Below, piece by piece: positions 62,336 through 64,000 of a stretch of DNA of 64,000 nt (its first letter is position 1; each line of letters starts with the position of its first letter). A program made the translations under genes and the position numbers. The notes beneath the pieces are model-generated. The model did not search any database, had not been told where the DNA came from, and was given only the letters and a program-made list of their open reading frames with translations. This DNA comes from the human T2T-CHM13v2.0 reference genome, Homo sapiens, in the NCBI RefSeq assembly GCF_009914755.1, contig NC_060926.1; one strand, given 5' to 3'.

Positions 62336-62361
62336 CAGTCATTCTAAATTAAGGGCTTAAG

Positions 62362-62660
62362 TCTGGGTTTTCCAAAAGAAGCACTGTCAAGCAGTAGTTT
62401 GGGGGATGTTTACAGATGGAAAAACAAAACAGGGTTTCACTATCAGATCTTTTTTTTGGGATACACTGAGTTAAACATAGTGAAATGATTTGATTTGCTA
62501 TGAGTGGGATCTATAGATCCTGTAACATGCGAATTTGCATCATGACCCCGCAGGAAAGACATGTGACCACTTCTCCATTTTTCTTTCTATAACCATGATA
62601 CTGCCTTCTAAAGAACATTTTGCAGGACGTTCTTAGGAACGCACTTTGGGAAATGCTGTC
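62362..62660. mobile_element. MER103C-like hAT relic
   Basis: Imperfect inverted ends gttttccaaaag...gaacgcactttgggaaatgctg; internal tgggatacactgagttaaaca. Confidence 0.6.
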
Positions 62661-62999
62661 TCAACGTGTTAGGATATTTGTGCTTTAACAGTGGAATCTG
62701 GAAACCAACAATTTTCAAGGGTTTCTAAGGGTCTAGTCTGGATGGCAGGGGAGATATTTAAGGCAAGAAAACACCCAAAACACACTGTGGTAGCCACATA
62801 CTGGGGAGAGTGGGCCTGAGAACCTGCTTCGCTGTTTTTTTTTTTGTCAGCCCCAGTGGGACAGAGGCCATGGGAGAGAGGGAAAAAAGTGGCCATTTAG
62901 TCCTCATGTATTCCTTACAGAGGGGATGGTCATAGCTAAGGAGGTGCTGGGTTGGTGTCAAGGAAGTCACTCCCCAACTAGGAGCTCAAGATCCTGGTG

Positions 63000-63320
63000 G
63001 TCGGGTGGGAAATTCCTCTGCGAGGCTCTCAGGTTTGTGTTTTAAAGCTGTTCCTATAACCCTGGGGGTTCCAGCCAGGCAAGAGATTTTCAAAGGTTGC
63101 ATGGAAGCTGAGAAGAATTGCACAAAACACGCCGAGCCCCAAAGGGAAAAATCACATTGTTGTTAAGGCATGGAGGCCAAATCCTGCCAGCTTGTACGCA
63201 TCTAGGGCTGCGGCTGACGTCAGAGGCTGCAGGGTGTGTGCGAGCGCAGGGAGGGTTCCCCGTGCTGAGGCATGCCTCTAGCCAGCTGCTCCCAAGCTGC
63301 TGACCGCTCAGAAGTCGCTC
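63000..63320. promoter_or_regulatory. Candidate inducible enhancer: NF-kB GGGAAATTCC (63007-63016), palindromic CRE cTGACGTCAg (63215-63222), local CpG retention
   Basis: Motifs read directly in non-repeat sequence; activity not shown. Confidence 0.35.
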
Positions 63321-63717
63321 TTAGCTAGATGCTCTCTCTTACTAAATGATGTACATATTTCATTTGGCCACCAGCTCTTTGCACAACATTTTTATCTGGA
63401 CCAGCTTTCTGAGAATCACAGGGACAACCTCTGGAGTCTTGTGTTAGAAGAGGAGGCCTGGGGGAGTTTTTGGTGGCTGAGAATAACAGAAAAGAAATCC
63501 CTTTCTGTGAATTTGTGGAGAAGCGATTCTTAAACTACTTCTGTTTTGTAAGGATCTTTTCAGAAAGGTACGAGGGAACCATGACCAAATAGAAAGAGAA
63601 AAAATGGTCTATCTTTGATGGATATTTGAAAATTGTCACCAGTAATTTTTTTGGGAGGCCCATGATAAATACCTTTCATCCTGATAAATCTCAGAACTAA
63701 GAGTGTTGGCAGGAGTC

Positions 63718-64000
63718 TGTTTTTTGTTGTTGTTGTTGTTTGTTTTTGTGTTTTTTTGAGATGGAGTCTTGCTCTGTTGCCCAGGCTAGAATGCAGTGTC
63801 ATGATTTCTGCTCACTGCAACCTCTGCCTCCTGGAAACAAGCAATTCTTGTGCCTCAGCCTCCCAAGTACTTGAGATTACAGATGTGCACCACCACACCC
63901 AGCTAATTTTTGTATTTGTAGTAGAGATGGGGTTTCGCCATGTTGGCCAGGCTGGTCTTGAACTCCGTGGCCTCTGTGATCCACATGCCTCGACCTCCCA
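63718..64000 (-). mobile_element. AluS with (TTG)n tail, cut by the window edge
   Basis: gagatggagtcttgctctgttgcccaggct...gtttcgccatgttggccagg. Confidence 0.93.

Overview
Primate genomic DNA (human-like; AluY, L1PA and THE1/MER41 are present). I see no credible host protein-coding exon, RNA gene or CpG island, so this is intronic or intergenic sequence; I cannot identify the locus. It is rich in interspersed repeats: 21 Alus, one 5'-intact but 3'-amputated L1PA4/5-type LINE-1 (7658-12454, minus), about 15 LTR/ERV pieces (THE1C, MST, MLT1, MLT2, MER41A, MER66, MER61, MER76, MER77-like, LTR33, an LTR-less ERVL gag-pro fragment), hAT relics, and many MIR/L2/L3/old L1M fragments. The long ORFs are decayed L1/ERVL, Alu read-through or low-complexity artefacts. 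The structures least explained by repeat annotation are a GC-box/G-quadruplex 28-bp VNTR at 3.7-4.0 kb, an 87-bp triplication in the ERVL protease region, and five short-range copy scars: a 10-bp inverted copy at the L1 break, a complex 17.25-17.4 kb patch with a 58-bp inverted partner 1.2 kb away, ~150-bp direct duplications at 23.0/24.6 kb and 48.9/49.6 kb, and a fold-back duplication at 31.3 kb. I found no evidence for a new multi-gene system. Repeat family names are recalled from consensus sequences, not from a search; boundaries are approximate unless TSDs are quoted.
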